Assembly: GCF_022045235.1 (NCBI RefSeq)
Contig: NW_027266308.1
Location: 66,712,001 to 66,776,000, forward strand
Length of the DNA: 64,000 nt
DNA from: Haliotis cracherodii
Lineage: Eukaryota
Direction: 5' to 3'
Part shown: positions 19,801 to 33,389 of the stretch, piece after piece
Layout: every line of letters starts with the position of its first letter
Numbering within the stretch: position 1 is the stretch's first letter
Notes under the pieces: generated by a model
What the model was told of the DNA's origin: nothing
Seen by the model: the letters and a program-made list of their open reading frames with translations, nothing else
Databases searched by the model: none
Position numbers and translations under genes: made by a program

Positions 19801-22359
19801 TTTTGTACGTAATCCCAACTTTGGGGGGCTCTGACGTCATTCTCGGTCGTGGCACATGTACAAGCAGCCACACACACGTTGCTATATCAGTGCCATAATT
19901 TTGGACGCCATGTATTCACCTCACTTTTCGACCATATATCAAAAGACATTTGAGCTTATGTATGAAATAACTTCAAATCAGAGAGTCTATTTGTTGATCA
20001 AGTGGCTTCCCAAACATATCATTTTTGTAGCTCTTTGGTCAATCTTTTCAATTCTGTGTTCCTGCCAGGATACATATTTGCGAAAACACACGACTGACTT
20101 ATTGAATTAAACAGGTCCTATCATAATTCAGAAAAAAAACACATTTGTCCAGAAACTTTCCAGGCTTTAGACACTCTTTCAGACAAAGGTGTTTACACAA
20201 TTCAACATGTTAAATTCATTGGTGTATACTAAAGAAGAAAAAATGAAATAAAATATTGTTTCCAAACTCAAACTTTTTACTGAGGGGAAAGCCTTGTACA
20301 CATAACCTCTGACACATGAACTCTGACGCTCACTCATCAAAGCTATTAACAAAAGTGACATCTGTGACAAAAATAAGAACCCAGGTTAGTTTTTTTAATC
20401 AAGCGACAAGTGCCATCGTGGATAGCTGATTGGTTTGAAATTGCCATACCATATTTATAAATGTCTCGCGCTATTTATCATGCAGTGGCATGCTTTTCAA
20501 CTAATTTATAGCGTTATTAAAAGTTTTGCGCAAGGACGAGAACATTTTCATTTGATCAAAACTAATATTTGCAAATACAAATTGGTGTGTTTAAGACTAC
20601 CTTTTCACATATTTCGTTTCACTGTTAACTTAATTCAAATAATTTATAGCGTTAAAGTAATATTTCACCTATTGCTTGACGCAAGAGGCGATTAATGGGG
20701 CCTAAGGGGGTCGGGCGGTTAGACTCGGTGACATGGTTGAGGCATGTAATCGGTCTCAATTTCGTAGATTGATGCTCATGATGTCAATCACTTGATTATC
20801 TGGTCCAGACTCGATTATTTGAAGACATATAGCTGGAGGAGTGCGGCGTTGTACAACAAACAAACCTATCGGCGACAACACCTTTGCCTTCAAAGTGTGT
20901 ATTAGGGCAGGATGTACCTACATTTTTCACGAACACCTAGTGTCATCACTGATTTTCTATGATGCATTTATAAAAAAATTTGAACGCTATTTTGCATCTT
21001 ACGCCCAATAAAATCTGTTTCATCAGATAACCGGGTCTTGTTTTTCTCTGCCGTTAAGTTCTACACTTGGTCAGAACTCATTACTTTAGTTTGCAAAATC
21101 ACAAATGTGTACCTAGAAAACGTGATCTTAACCACTGGTCTTGATATAATGTGAGACGAGAGGGGCATTCCCTTCCCCATTTATATATAGGCTAAATACA
21201 TTCTAAGTTCCATATCATCCTGAATTATAGTCTACAGATGTTCTAGAAGATTTAGGATTACTCCAAAAGCATCCAAATAACTTCAACACAACTGCGTACA
21301 GTACATACTACTTCATTCCTGACAACTACCCACTGCCAAAACATAATGCTATGACCATCAACTGAATCTCAACAGAAACGATGTAATACAGTTACAACAT
21401 AATCAAGCAACACATTACACTGCCATATAGCAACAGTAACAACACACATTTATCATGTGATCCTTTAGGCGATAAAGCAGGCGTACTTGAAAAGCATTCC
21501 GTTGCACATATACCTACCCAATAGGGGGCGGGGTGGTGAGGGGATTGGCTAGCCTATTGGTGATAACTTGGCGTGTCCATTAACAAGGATGGGGGTTCGA
21601 CCGTTTGGATACCTACACAACAATGGATGCACTTAAACTGTGTATAAGCTACAATGTAAGATTCTGTGTTTTCTGACATACGCTCTCTTCACAAATGGTT
21701 AATCATAATGATACAAGTAGACACAGAAAGACAATATCGCCACACAAACTCAAAGTTGTTTCCGAGTAATTGCGGTAGTATGTGACTAGCTAATATCTCA
21801 CAGTGATGTAACTTCGTCGACGTTCATCTTTTCTCTTGGCGTTTTGATCTTCTAAATGCATTTCTCAAGTATCCATACAGTGCTCAATTTGGATTACAGT
21901 ACAGCATTCAACACTGCCAAATAGCAGAACTACAAAACTAATTACAAGCAATTATTCACAAATGTTTAATGACACTACAATGTTGGGGCTTTCATAATTT
22001 GATGACATAATACCAGAAAAAAGGTGAATTCGCAGGACGTCGTTCTGTTGGCAGAATAAGAAAAGTGACAGCCAGTATTCGTTATATTCAAGTGTCTGGC
22101 CATATTCAAGTATAATCCAGAATGAAAACGTGGTGACATTTTACAAAAGTAGCAGCAGGCACAAATATAGGCTCTCAGTAACGTCTGTGCACTGGGGTGT
22201 TTGAATTGGTATGAAAGTGTTGTCACAGCATAATCCAGACAATCCAGCGATTGACATCAAGAGCATCGATCCACGCAATTTCGATCGATGACATGCATCA
22301 ATCATGTCAGCGAGCGTGACCACCCGATTGGCTGTTTGATTGTTATTGAACACTATTAG

Positions 22360-23290
22360 ATCATCGATATACCTAACGCTTAACTTTGGCCAAATTACCT
22401 TGTTTTGACTTGGCCAATCTGATCAGAAATTCCGATTCAAAAGCAAAAAGGAACACATCATGCTGGGAGCACAATTGCTGCCCATGGAAATGCCCACCTT
22501 ATGCCTTAATGTCTTGCACCAAAATTGTACATATACCTTATCAGGTCCAGCGTGTCACATGTTGTGTTTTCAGTAAACCTTTGATGGCATGTGCTTTCGG
22601 GTTTGATAAATCTACATGCACCGGTTAAGATAGACATATAACTGTATCTATGGTCATCACGTTTTGTAACAATACTTTTTCCATGGATCAGGGTAGCAAG
22701 TGGTGTACAAAGCTGAAAACTCAAATGATCTTACAGAATTGAATTTGGTTCTATTGTGCGTTTGCAAAATGTTAAGCAAATCAGCGGATCGGGTGGTCAG
22801 CCTCGTTGACTTGGCTGATGCATGTCATCGATCCCAATTGCTTGGATCGATGTTCATGATGTAAATCACTGGATTTTCTGGTCCAGACTCGGTTATTTAC
22901 AGACCGCCGTTATATAGCTGGAATACTGCTGGGATATGGCGTTAAACAACAAACAAACAAACTGAGAATCCACATGGTACTGATACCACTTGTCTCAAAT
23001 ACATTCTTTGACTATTTAGAAAGTCCTTTCTAGATTGTACTAAGTATTATGGTTAATCGTTGAAACAGGGATTTGATGGTACATTTACTGGACCCCGCAA
23101 TTTTTCTCTCTTTTTCGGAATTTCTTTGGTGTTTTAGAATCCGTTACAAAAGAGGAATGGAAATGTCTTCCGATTTTACAGTCAACCCAAAGTACTCATG
23201 GTTTTGGAAGTTTTCTTCCTCAGTTATCACACTTATGCCCTATATGTGGCATTATTTCATAAACCTAGTTCTTCGATCAAACAACTAATG
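22360..23290 (-). mobile_element. Second decayed Penelope-like RT copy, interrupted by a SINE (~22785-22960)
   Basis: Homologous to 11400-11950 (GISMGSNCAP motif; shared gttttgtaacaat..ccatggatca and agaatccacatgg strings). Confidence 0.65.
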
Positions 23291-23357
23291 TAGTGATGAT
23301 TCAGTATAGGGTTATGGTATTTGATGCGTTTGGATGAAAGATGGCTGGGAGAATGGA

Positions 23358-23998
23358 TTTATTATCCCCCGCCCAGCTACTTTCCGTACGTACGTCGTCA
23401 CGTTTCGTTTCCGGAGCATAACTCAGAAACCGTTCAATATTTTTACATGAAACTTTGCATGTCTGCTAGGTACATGCTGAACTGGTGCCTTTTGCTATTT
23501 CGAAATTTGAGACAATTTTATTTTTCCATGGCAACAAGATGAACTTTTAGAAATGAATTCTTCTTTTATATGCCAAAAAAATCAACTTGATACCCATTTA
23601 ACCTGTTTAAGGAATCTTATCTTGTGAAAAAGGTTTCATTTCTTTCTTGAACTTGTGAAATTGTGTTTTGCAGCATTTTATTTTGTTTCTTCAGGATAAT
23701 TTGCATTTACATCAAGTAGATGCTACCCTGCTGCCTTTCACTCTTTACAAAATTTTGAATATTTTCAAATGTATGTGCTTGTGTGATCAAATTTCACTAT
23801 TGTTGACATAATATAAACTTCATTTGTGGGGCAGGAGACTTGGCCAAGTTAGTAGCAAACTTTTCTTTTTTTAACAATTTCCATAACAACAAGTTCCACC
23901 TCGGTTAAAAAAGGTTAGGGTTTGTTTAGATTTAATTATGTCATAAATTCTGCAACAGGGTCGGGGGGATATAGCCACGTTAGTGGCAAACTCTTGTT
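23358..23998 (+). mobile_element. Non-autonomous Helentron-type element (HINE/DINE-1-like)
   Basis: 5' TATCCCCCG and 3' CGGGGGGATA sub-terminal inverted repeats, 3' hairpin GCCACgttaGTGGC, ends CTTGTT; gtttccggagcataactc...atgaaacttt core. Confidence 0.7.
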
Positions 23999-25049
23999 CC
24001 AATGTGGATTCTACCAATGACAACATTTGGAATAAATAGCCTAGTTTAAATAATACACTTGATTTGTATACAGTTGTGACATTTGTGACGTACTCTAGAA
24101 ATATAATGAATCTTTTGTATAACCATGAAGCAAAAAACGTGCGAAATCAAGTAGCTGAGCTTTCATTTTTATCAGCTGTTGTGAATCTATTGAATGGTAT
24201 CTGAATATGTTAAGTCGTATACATGCCACATTTCAAAGAACTTATTTGTGCTCTCCTTGTTGAACACAAATAATGCTGATGTCATTGCAAGGCGTGGGAC
24301 ACAAATCAGCTCTGAATATCCCCGAAAGGTGTTCAAAAGGTAGCGTTTGAGTTTTTGAAACACCTGGAATGACTGAAGACATTCATTATGCATGCAGTTG
24401 TTGCGAGATGCAGTATTGCAACTATCACTGAGCATATGTGTATGGTGGTTTACTAAAGATGGAGGTAAACATAAGTTATGATGTTTGTAGTACAAGCAAA
24501 AGGTTTACATATATGTTATATGTTAGTTATTCATATGTGTAAGCACTTCACATGTTCGTGTTTACTTGCATTTAAGGCACAACGTTTATGTGATAATGCT
24601 TAGACTTTATCTTCCCCATGGCCACTTGCAATTGAATATCATTCACTAATGTCCTCGGCATCCTTTGTCCATCCGAATGAGTGTTTACATTCAGAGCAGA
24701 GTTCCCAAGCTCATGACATGAGATGAAATTGGTTATGTGGCTTTTTATGTCCAATGTATTTCATAAGGTTTGGTTTAACGTTGAGTTTCCGGCTGGAGGG
24801 AAGAACTTTAAACTAATTCTATTGGACACTCCTCGCACTTCGCACACTCCTCTTCTTCCATTTTGCCTTTTGCCTCTGGGCTTTTGTTTGGAACTCTTCT
24901 CTGTATAATTCATACACAAACCCATGATTGGAAAAAATCTCCTCTGTACTTCTATGATAATGCTTCCCCAAATTACCATCCTCGGTCTAGCTACTATCCC
25001 TTTCCTTGGATTTGCGGATAAGTACCAGCTCCATAGGAGTACCTTGACC

Positions 25050-25705
25050 AAACATACCTTATCATCATCTTTCCTTGTCTATTCATTCAGAACTTTATCA
25101 ATTCGATTACCTGATAACTCATCCATTTTTCACAGCTGAATCAAAGGCCATTTTAATTGCTTCAGAATATTATAATAAACAGACTAAACACAAGGAATTC
25201 ATAATTTTTTCAGACTCTCTCTCCTGTCTTCAGGCTATTGAAAATACTTCGTGTCAGCATCCAATTTTTCTCGACATCTTAGAACTACAGAATAACCTTG
25301 CTACTTGCCAGTATGACATCGTCTTTTCTTTGTTACCCAGCCATGATGGAATCGTTGGTAATACAATGGCTGATGCTGCTGCAAAAACAGCACTCAACAA
25401 ATCTGTGACACCACTTCTTCTACCATAGAGTGATTATAAACCTGTCATTAGATGTTTCATCAGAGATCTTATGCAGAAGAAGTGGGACACCCAAGTGGGT
25501 ATAAATAAATTACATGCAATAAAAGCAAATATCGGTTATACCTTCTTGGGTTGTCAGCCCAGATTTTAAGACGTCATTCTAAGACGATGTCGTATTGACC
25601 ATTCTCGCTATACTCACGAATACATGTATATATTAATAGGTGAGGATCCTCCATTCTGCATCACTTGCGATGAAAGAATCACGGTCAAGCATGTCCTGCT
25701 TGTGC
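25050..25705 (+). mobile_element. LINE RNase H/C-terminal fragment (I/Nimb-like)
   Basis: IRLPDNSS.FTAESKAI, IIFSDSLSCLQAI, LPSHDGIVGNTMADAAAK, then LRRCRI.HSRYTH and a zinc-knuckle remnant. Confidence 0.8.
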
Positions 25706-25994
25706 GGCAATAAATACTTACTTTTCAAAGCAAATGGTAGGGCAGGATATGTTGCTCTTTTGACGAAAACCCTGTCATCACTGATTTTCATAAATTTTTC
25801 ATAGATATTTTGCTCTTTATGCTAAGTGGAATCTCTTTCGGCAGAAAATCATCAAGTTTGGTTATTCTCTTGCATTATTCATTGTAACGTGTATAAGCAG
25901 TAAACAAAACACTAATATTAATAATTCTAGTAATACCGGTAGAGCTCATTTTTGGTAAGTGAGGGTGCGTGTGATGAATGCATGGAGGTAAACA

Positions 25995-26047
25995 GAATGA
26001 ATGAATGAATGAATGAATGAATGAATGAATGAATGAATGAATGAATG
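25995..26047. repeat. (GAAT)n microsatellite
   Basis: Direct inspection; lies between ~55-bp direct repeats at ~25897 and ~26160. Confidence 0.95.
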
Positions 26048-26799
26048 AGGCATTTTATAGCATTGCTTTAATATGTCTAGGTACATGTATACTTGTAAAA
26101 CTTTACATATATATATATATATATATGTATTATTATTATGATAAATTATTACATGTATCAGCAGTAAACAAAACAGTAATATTAATAATTCTAGTAATAC
26201 CAGTAGAGGTCTTTTGTTTAACTTGGTAGGCACAACCACCCAACCCGCTGCTCAGGTCACGATCAGAACGTGCGCTGCGCCTGAATCAGAGAGCATAAAA
26301 AAATTCTGTGATGTGTTGACTTCCATATTGTAATAATAAGTTAACCCAGAAGTATGTCGACAAAAGAATTCAGTGTGAAACCATCAAAGAACAAAGGAAT
26401 GGTATATAATTAATTGTCAGAGGGATACACAAAGTACGTGACCTAGACTACACGTTGTCGGACTTTCATTTTTGTCTCGGTCTTGATGGCTGAGTGGTTT
26501 GAGACGGGACTCAACCAAAACAATTACGAGTATCTGTACTTTACTCATAAAAGTGTTATCCCAAATATAACAGTTGTTATATGGGACCACTTTCTAAAAG
26601 GCATTGTGTGTTCAATAGAGTTGTAGTACAAAATTCAATGGCAGTACAATGTCAAAGTAAAAGATAATAACAGTGGTAATAGCAATTGAGTCAGTGATAA
26701 TAATATCTCCACGTAACCGCTGGTCTTGAGGTAAGCTTCTCAAAGTATTTCTGTAACCGGGATTTGTGATGACAAATATACTCAACCGCAAAAGAAACG

Positions 26800-27190
26800 T
26801 CACCCTACGTAAAACTGCATCGGTCCTGGGAGAGGCAATGGTGTTACAGCAGCTCGGTACATTGAACAAGTATTGAGACCACACAACATACCTCATTTGG
26901 CACGTTGGAGTTTCAGCATGATAAAGCCCGTGCCCACACTGCGAGAGCAACAAGAGACTTCCTCCAGCAGAATGGCATCAGGACCATGCAGTGGCCTGCC
27001 CTCGGCCCCTATTTTAATCCCATTGAGCACCTGTGGGACGAGATTCAAAGACCGATGAATAACGTCTGACAAAGGCCGACATCTGCAGCTGAACTGCTTC
27101 AGGCGTTCCCTAGTGTGGACTCACCTCGTCCATTCCATGAATCGACGTTGCACGGCAGTCATCAATGCACATGGCGGACACATAAGACTG
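26800..27190 (+). mobile_element. Tc1/mariner 3' fragment
   Basis: FQHDKARAHTARATRDFLQQNGIRTMQWPALG...NPIEHLW; same family as the 37.8-kb copies. Confidence 0.8.
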
Positions 27191-28167
27191 GTGATGCCAT
27201 TTTCTAAAGGACTAGTGTAAACAAACAGTTCATCAAAAGTAAACAAACAGTTCATCAAGGGCGATAACTCGATCCCGACATTACTTATAAGATACAATAA
27301 AACCATGGTCCATGGTTGTTAAATACAATGAACATTACAAATACAATTACCACTCTCTTGAAATTACTATATCAATTTATTAACTGAGCATACATTTGGA
27401 ATGATACAATATTTACAATATATATTTCGAGAAACGACAAACATGTAAATTACCCGTACCCTGTGGGTGACACTGGGATGTTTATCGTATACAGTTATCA
27501 GCACAATCCTATATACAGTGTCAACTGTGAATGTGATATAAATATACGATATTGAATATACTCGAAGTGTAACCACATTAACTACAAACTATCACACCAG
27601 GTGTGACATACATGTAGCATACAAATACTGTATTTACACAATTATTAAAATCAACGCATTTACTCAAATATTCACACACAGAAATATAGAAGAAGGATGA
27701 GGAGCATTTATAATGTTTACTTAGCCTCATTTAATTATTAACTTAACAATATCGTGACACAATCACCATACCAGAGATAAGCATGTTAATGATACAGAAA
27801 TAACATTCCACATACCACAGAAAACACAAGTTATATTATTATACAAATACATACATACATATTAACTAGCAATTTTATACTACTAACCTTAACAATCGAA
27901 TTATTTATCTAAAGATCTGTCCCAGTCCAAATGTTGACTGACTTCTAAAGTGGTGTGGTGTCAAGTGCAAGATGGATGAAAAGTGCACAGTTTGAACAGC
28001 CAATGAAAACAAGGCTTGGGTTAGAACAAGAGAAGAAATTGATTTAAACAGAGAAACAAACATGTACTAAACCCAACCATCCTCTACATTATAAGTAAAC
28101 GACACATTTCTACAGTGATCGGTCTAGCTGTTCCAAAAGATTCCAGGTTACACTTCACTCCAAAACC

Positions 28168-28733
28168 AAGCATGGTTCCCTGGGTATGCTGCGCTGGCGC
28201 TACACTGACCTAGGCAATGACTGCACAATGGCCGCCTCCACTAGACGAACAAACATGGCGGACACAATGGAAGAAAACAGGGCATGATCGGCGACATTTG
28301 CTTTATCAAATTTGCTGAAATAAAGATGCTAACGGTATTTCATTGACGTTTTCGTTTAATTCTCCATGTATCATGTACACGATTTCGTGACAACAGTGAG
28401 CTGACACGAAATATTAACGCACATATCACTGTTGAAAATGGGGGGTGTTATCGTTTACATATCACCGATGTGACGACCACTTTCGAGTCTCGAAAAAGCT
28501 TAAATAATGTTTTCCTTCACAAAAAGTAACAATGGACGTTATTCTCGTGACATATACATTGCAAGAGCATTCACGAAAATGCCAGGAAAAAAATTAACCA
28601 CCCGTTCTAGTGTTTTTCTGTAGTAAATGCATGGCGTGTCCGCCATGTTTGTTCGTCTGGTGGAGGCGGCCATTGTGCAGTCATTGCCTGGGTCAGCGTA
28701 GCGTCAGCGCAACATACCCAGGGAACCAAGCTG
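28168..28733. mobile_element. MITE with ~95-bp TIRs and 9-bp TSD (MULE-like)
   Basis: Inverted repeats agcatggttccctgggtatg...catggcggacac and gtgtccgccatg...catacccagggaaccaagct; TCCAAAACC at 28159-28167 and 28734-28742. Confidence 0.8.
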
Positions 28734-29624
28734 TCCAAAACCACCTAAATACAGTAACTTCCATACCACTGCTCACAGACAGCACAAGATTCCTGACTAC
28801 GAACCATTGTGAAAACACAATACCTTGAACTTCTACTGAAGCTCAACAGAAACAACCACTGTTGTGTGTTTTGGGGTTTAAGCCATGGTTAATGATAGAA
28901 TTAAACCAATGTATAGGGTCATAAGCCACCGCCTTCTGGGCATAAAACTCTTGGCTACTTAAATAATCATATATTCCAAAATCATGTGACATTTTAGTAA
29001 TAAACTGGGCCAAGGTCTAAAGTAAAATGGCAATTCAGAAATATAATTCGTGCAAATACAATTCATGAACGGGCCACGCATGACCAGCCGATTGATAAGA
29101 GTTGAAAAGATTTGATTATCAATTTGAAAAGAGATTTATTTATGCTTTGTTTGGCTATTGATAGTGTTGTTTACACTGTTGATTGTCGGTTATTGATAAC
29201 TTTCAATGTCATATATATTTGAACCACGCTGTCAATCAGACTGGGTATACGATTTGTTTGTTTGATTGTTGTTTAACGCTGCACTCAGCATTGTTAGAAT
29301 CAAGGTTTAATTGTACCTCATATTACACTAAACAGAGAAAACCCATTACACTGCCTTGTCAGAAAGGGATGTACATAATGAAGAAGAGAAAGTTGAACAG
29401 CGCTTTCATTTTTACAAAAATAATTATCCACTTCAAAGTGCATATGAAATACATATTTCTGTGAAGTCCCTAGAGGTTATGGGTTAAAGTGCACAAAAGT
29501 TCAGGGAAAATATAAGTTTGAGAATGCATGTCCAACAGTGTAATGAAAACATCTTTTTCAAGCTTAGCCTATTGTATGCAGCATGTCATATTCGTATTTC
29601 GCTAGTTTGTCATGGGAGAGACTT

Positions 29625-30205
29625 TGTTTTCAAACTGCTGAATACAGGTTTCAAACACTGTTAACAGGCTCTGCTGTGACAACACTGCATTTCAATCGTT
29701 TAAACGCTTCCTTTTGAAACGCAGAAGGCATTCCGAGCTGATTTTGTTTTCAGTGAAATCGTGTCCCACGCCCGGCGATGACACCAGCATTATGAGTGTT
29801 GACAGAGGAGAATATAGCAACCCTGACTGCTTAATTTTAAACTGTTGAATACAGGTTTCGAACCCTCACTGCTTTCAGGTTCTACTGTGACAACACTGTA
29901 TTTCAATCGTTTAAATGCTACCTTTTGAAACGTAGAAGTTATTCCGAGCTGATTTTCTTTTCAGGTAAATTGTATCCCACGACTGGTGATGAAACCAGCA
30001 TTATGTGTGTTGAAACTATTGATTATGGGTTTCGAACTCTCACTGTTTACAGGTTCTGCTGCTACAACACCGTATTTCAACCGTTTAAATGCTACCTTTG
30101 AAGCTCAGTGGGTTTTCCGAAGTGGATTTTCAGTGAATTCGTGTCCCACACCAAGCGGTGACACCAGCATTATGTGTGTTGACAAAAGAGGAGAGTATCT
30201 CACAT
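29625..30205. repeat. ~170-210-bp repeat array (copy 2)
   Basis: Core at ~29755, ~29965 and ~30135. Confidence 0.85.
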
Positions 30206-30924
30206 AACTACATACCTTTCTGTACATCTGTGTTCGTGTATTTTGATGCTACTTTTGTTAGGTAGAACTCTTCGCGCATTGTTTTCCTTTTGGTTTGTAT
30301 TTGAATATGACCAGAAACCTCAATATAACGAATACTGGCTCTCCATTTTAGAAAAGCACTCGCCGATTGACACACCTGTTGACACACTCACTAACCACTT
30401 ATGTGTGTGTTTGTGTGTATGTGTGTGAAGGGACTACTGGTTATACGTGTGCCTGATATTGCTTTTGGTAGATATATCTTATGAATATAGAAATGGTTTT
30501 GGCACTTTTAGTTATGCGATGCTCATGAGCTCTTGCATTAAGTATTAAATTAAGGTAAAATTAAAGATTAAATAAACGTGTAGAAAAACATTTTTAAAAA
30601 AACAGCTTTGTAATATGTTCTGTCAGTTAACATTTGCACAGCAAATACAATGCAGTCAAGCAGTTATAACAAAAACTATTCAGACACAAAAGACAACAAA
30701 AAATACTTTTTAGAACACAAACAGTCTATGTAATTTGTTTGGCTTTATAATTTTGAAATAATCCAATTGAAGATTTATGGATGTGTGAGACAATTGTTGG
30801 ATCATCGGTAATCCATTTTTCCTGGTTTATCTAACAATTTTTTATTATTAATATTTTTTTAATAAAATTCACTGAATCATGTCGGCGGAATGTAAACATG
30901 TACATACATGTACAAGAAATATCT

Positions 30925-31545
30925 TTTCCGAAAACTCGAGAGTGCGACATTTCATTTTCTTACGATCTGGCGTTCTCGCGTTTTGGTCGCTGTCCGTGCG
31001 CATGCGTAATTTCATAAGGTCAAGGCTCATGCGCATGTTAGTAGTCCTTTGGTCAAGCTTCGTTCATGCTCTTCATTCTCCGAGTAGCATTTAGCAAACT
31101 TATTATGACTTCAGCTTGAAAATGCTATGTAATTTACATACACAAAGTCCTATGTAGAGCAGAGTAGAGTCCCCTCCCGTTGTTCCAGTGTCCTATGTAA
31201 GCTAAATTAAAACCCTAAACATTATCAATATAAGTTAACAAATGAAAATATGTACATGAATGTCAAATGATAGTGAACACATGAAAGTGGCCGAAGGCTG
31301 GAAACAAAACTATCACCGTCAGTGAGTGAGTAATATTGCTTAAAGCCGCATCAGCAGTATTGGAGCTATTCGCAGCCATACCGTCAGTTATAGAAATAAT
31401 CACAAGCCAGTGATTTTTTCCATAAGGCAATATTACACACGACTAGCACTTTCCTTAAAGCAAAATTATCACAGAACAATTTGCCATACAACATTAATTA
31501 ATAGATTTTCATTTGCTCCCGCCTGACTACAAAACATCACGCCTT
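30925..31545 (+). mobile_element. Dispersed non-coding repeat, homologous to ~47600-48240
   Basis: Colinear similarity (gcgcatgcg...aggtcaagg...catgctcttcattctcc...gcttgaaaatgctatgtaatttac...). Confidence 0.7.
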
Positions 31546-32559
31546 ACATTACTTTGAAAGCTAAAATGAATATAATTTACGTCGGACAGTTAATGGAAGA
31601 CCTCGTGCTTCTGCAAATGATAATGCCCTGAAAAATAGCGTTGCCATTATAATATAACACTGCGGGGAGAATAAACCCGGATGGGCGCAGTGAGTTATTG
31701 TACGATAAACAAATCCCACTCGTCGTTTATGTCTTATATGAAATATCAACATTATGCACAGCCTTTTTAAGGCTGTTGATAATATGTACAAGCTTATTTA
31801 ACCCCTATTTAAATAATGATGACTCCCACAATAGAATCCTACCTCGACAAGTCCATTTAATGCACAGCTGGATATTTCCCGCATATTCTCACAAGCCTCA
31901 GGTCCATTACCCGTACCTTTTCTCCCAATACCGATTGTCATATCTTTCCCGGTTTTGGATGCGATCGTTCAGCCATCTGTGTTGCCCTGCTACGTCTGTG
32001 GGGAACAACTCACTAGACACTCCCCTCTCACAAATAACGTCATCGTGTTGCGAGCGCATGTTCGAATCTCCAGAAATGACGTCATGATAGAACAACGTTT
32101 TATTGTGAAATAAACCACGCTTCATTCTTCATCGTTCTTAGCGATTTATCGCGTAGCTATCTAATATAACTTGATAATGCTCTCATATTGCTTGACAACG
32201 GGCCATTACTACGCCCGTTGTTAGTGCTGACGTCATATGACGTTCAATAGTGACATCATCTGGTTTCAATTTATCTAGAATCACAGTAAGGCTATTTTTC
32301 AGGGCATTTCCACCAACCCTCCTTCGTTGGGCAGTTAATGGAAGACCTCGGGATTCTGCAAATGACAATGCACAGAAAAATATCGTTACCCTCATACTAT
32401 TGCCTCCCAATTCCTGGAAATATGTGCTCTATACAAACACGCAATATGGATATTTTTTTCACCATAATAGCAAAATTAGCGGACCAAGAGGAGCACAATG
32501 TAGAGGTTTAATGTGTTACAGTATCAGTGATCAAAATGAGCATGACAAGGACATGCAAA

Positions 32560-33105
32560 CCATTTAAAACACGTACGATTCGGAAAAAAAACGCCCCCAG
32601 TGCATCAACAAAAGGGCCTTGGAGCTGCACGAACTGCATGTGAAGAAGCACAACGAATGGTATTGAAGTGGAGGGATTTTGATTGCCTGGCATCTGCGTC
32701 AATCAAACATTGACAGTTCAACAACATGCCAAGATTAACAAAGAAACAACGTGATAGGCCGCTTGCAAGCAGGTGAATCACGATCAACTGTAGCCAGCCA
32801 GGGTTTTCAATCCAGTGCCAAGCACCATTACAAGGCTATGGGATCAGCTTCAATAGCATGGGTCAACACATGGTCGGCCGAGATCGGGACGAACAAGAGT
32901 AACCACCCCATCCCCAGATCGCTGCATCCGACTGAACTACCTTTGTGAATGGGCAACCACAGACACCTCAACCGCATCCCAAATACCCGGAATGCGCGGA
33001 ATGTCCGACCAGACCGTACGAAACCGTTTAAAAGCAGCAGGTCTACGAGCAAGACGTCCTGTTCGAGGCGTCACATTGAGTCACAACATCGTCAACAAAG
33101 AATGC
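32560..33105 (+). mobile_element. Tc1/mariner 5' fragment
   Basis: MPRLTKKQR (ATG 32726), IGRLQAGESRSTVA, RSGRTRVTT; frameshifted. Confidence 0.75.
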
Positions 33106-33389
33106 ATTACACCGGAAGAACGTTAAACCGGAAACTGCGCACAGGAAATGGACAGTTTTGGTGTGGGTACCTTTATGATATAGGCGGCTATCTGTTATCA
33201 TGGCATAAGTTTGCTAAATGCTTCCATAATCAAAAAATAAATTTATTCAAAATGCCTATTCTATACACAAAGAAAACAAGTTAAGCACTCCCCTATTTGT
33301 GTGGGTGGGGGGGTCAAATCTGGGCTCATTGCTGGCCAGAGTAGAGTCGATACTGCATTTGCCCTCAAGTAATCCACGACTGCAAACAG

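Noticed and set aside
27568-28088. Solo LTR (TG...CA)
   Set aside because: No target-site duplication and no second copy in the window.
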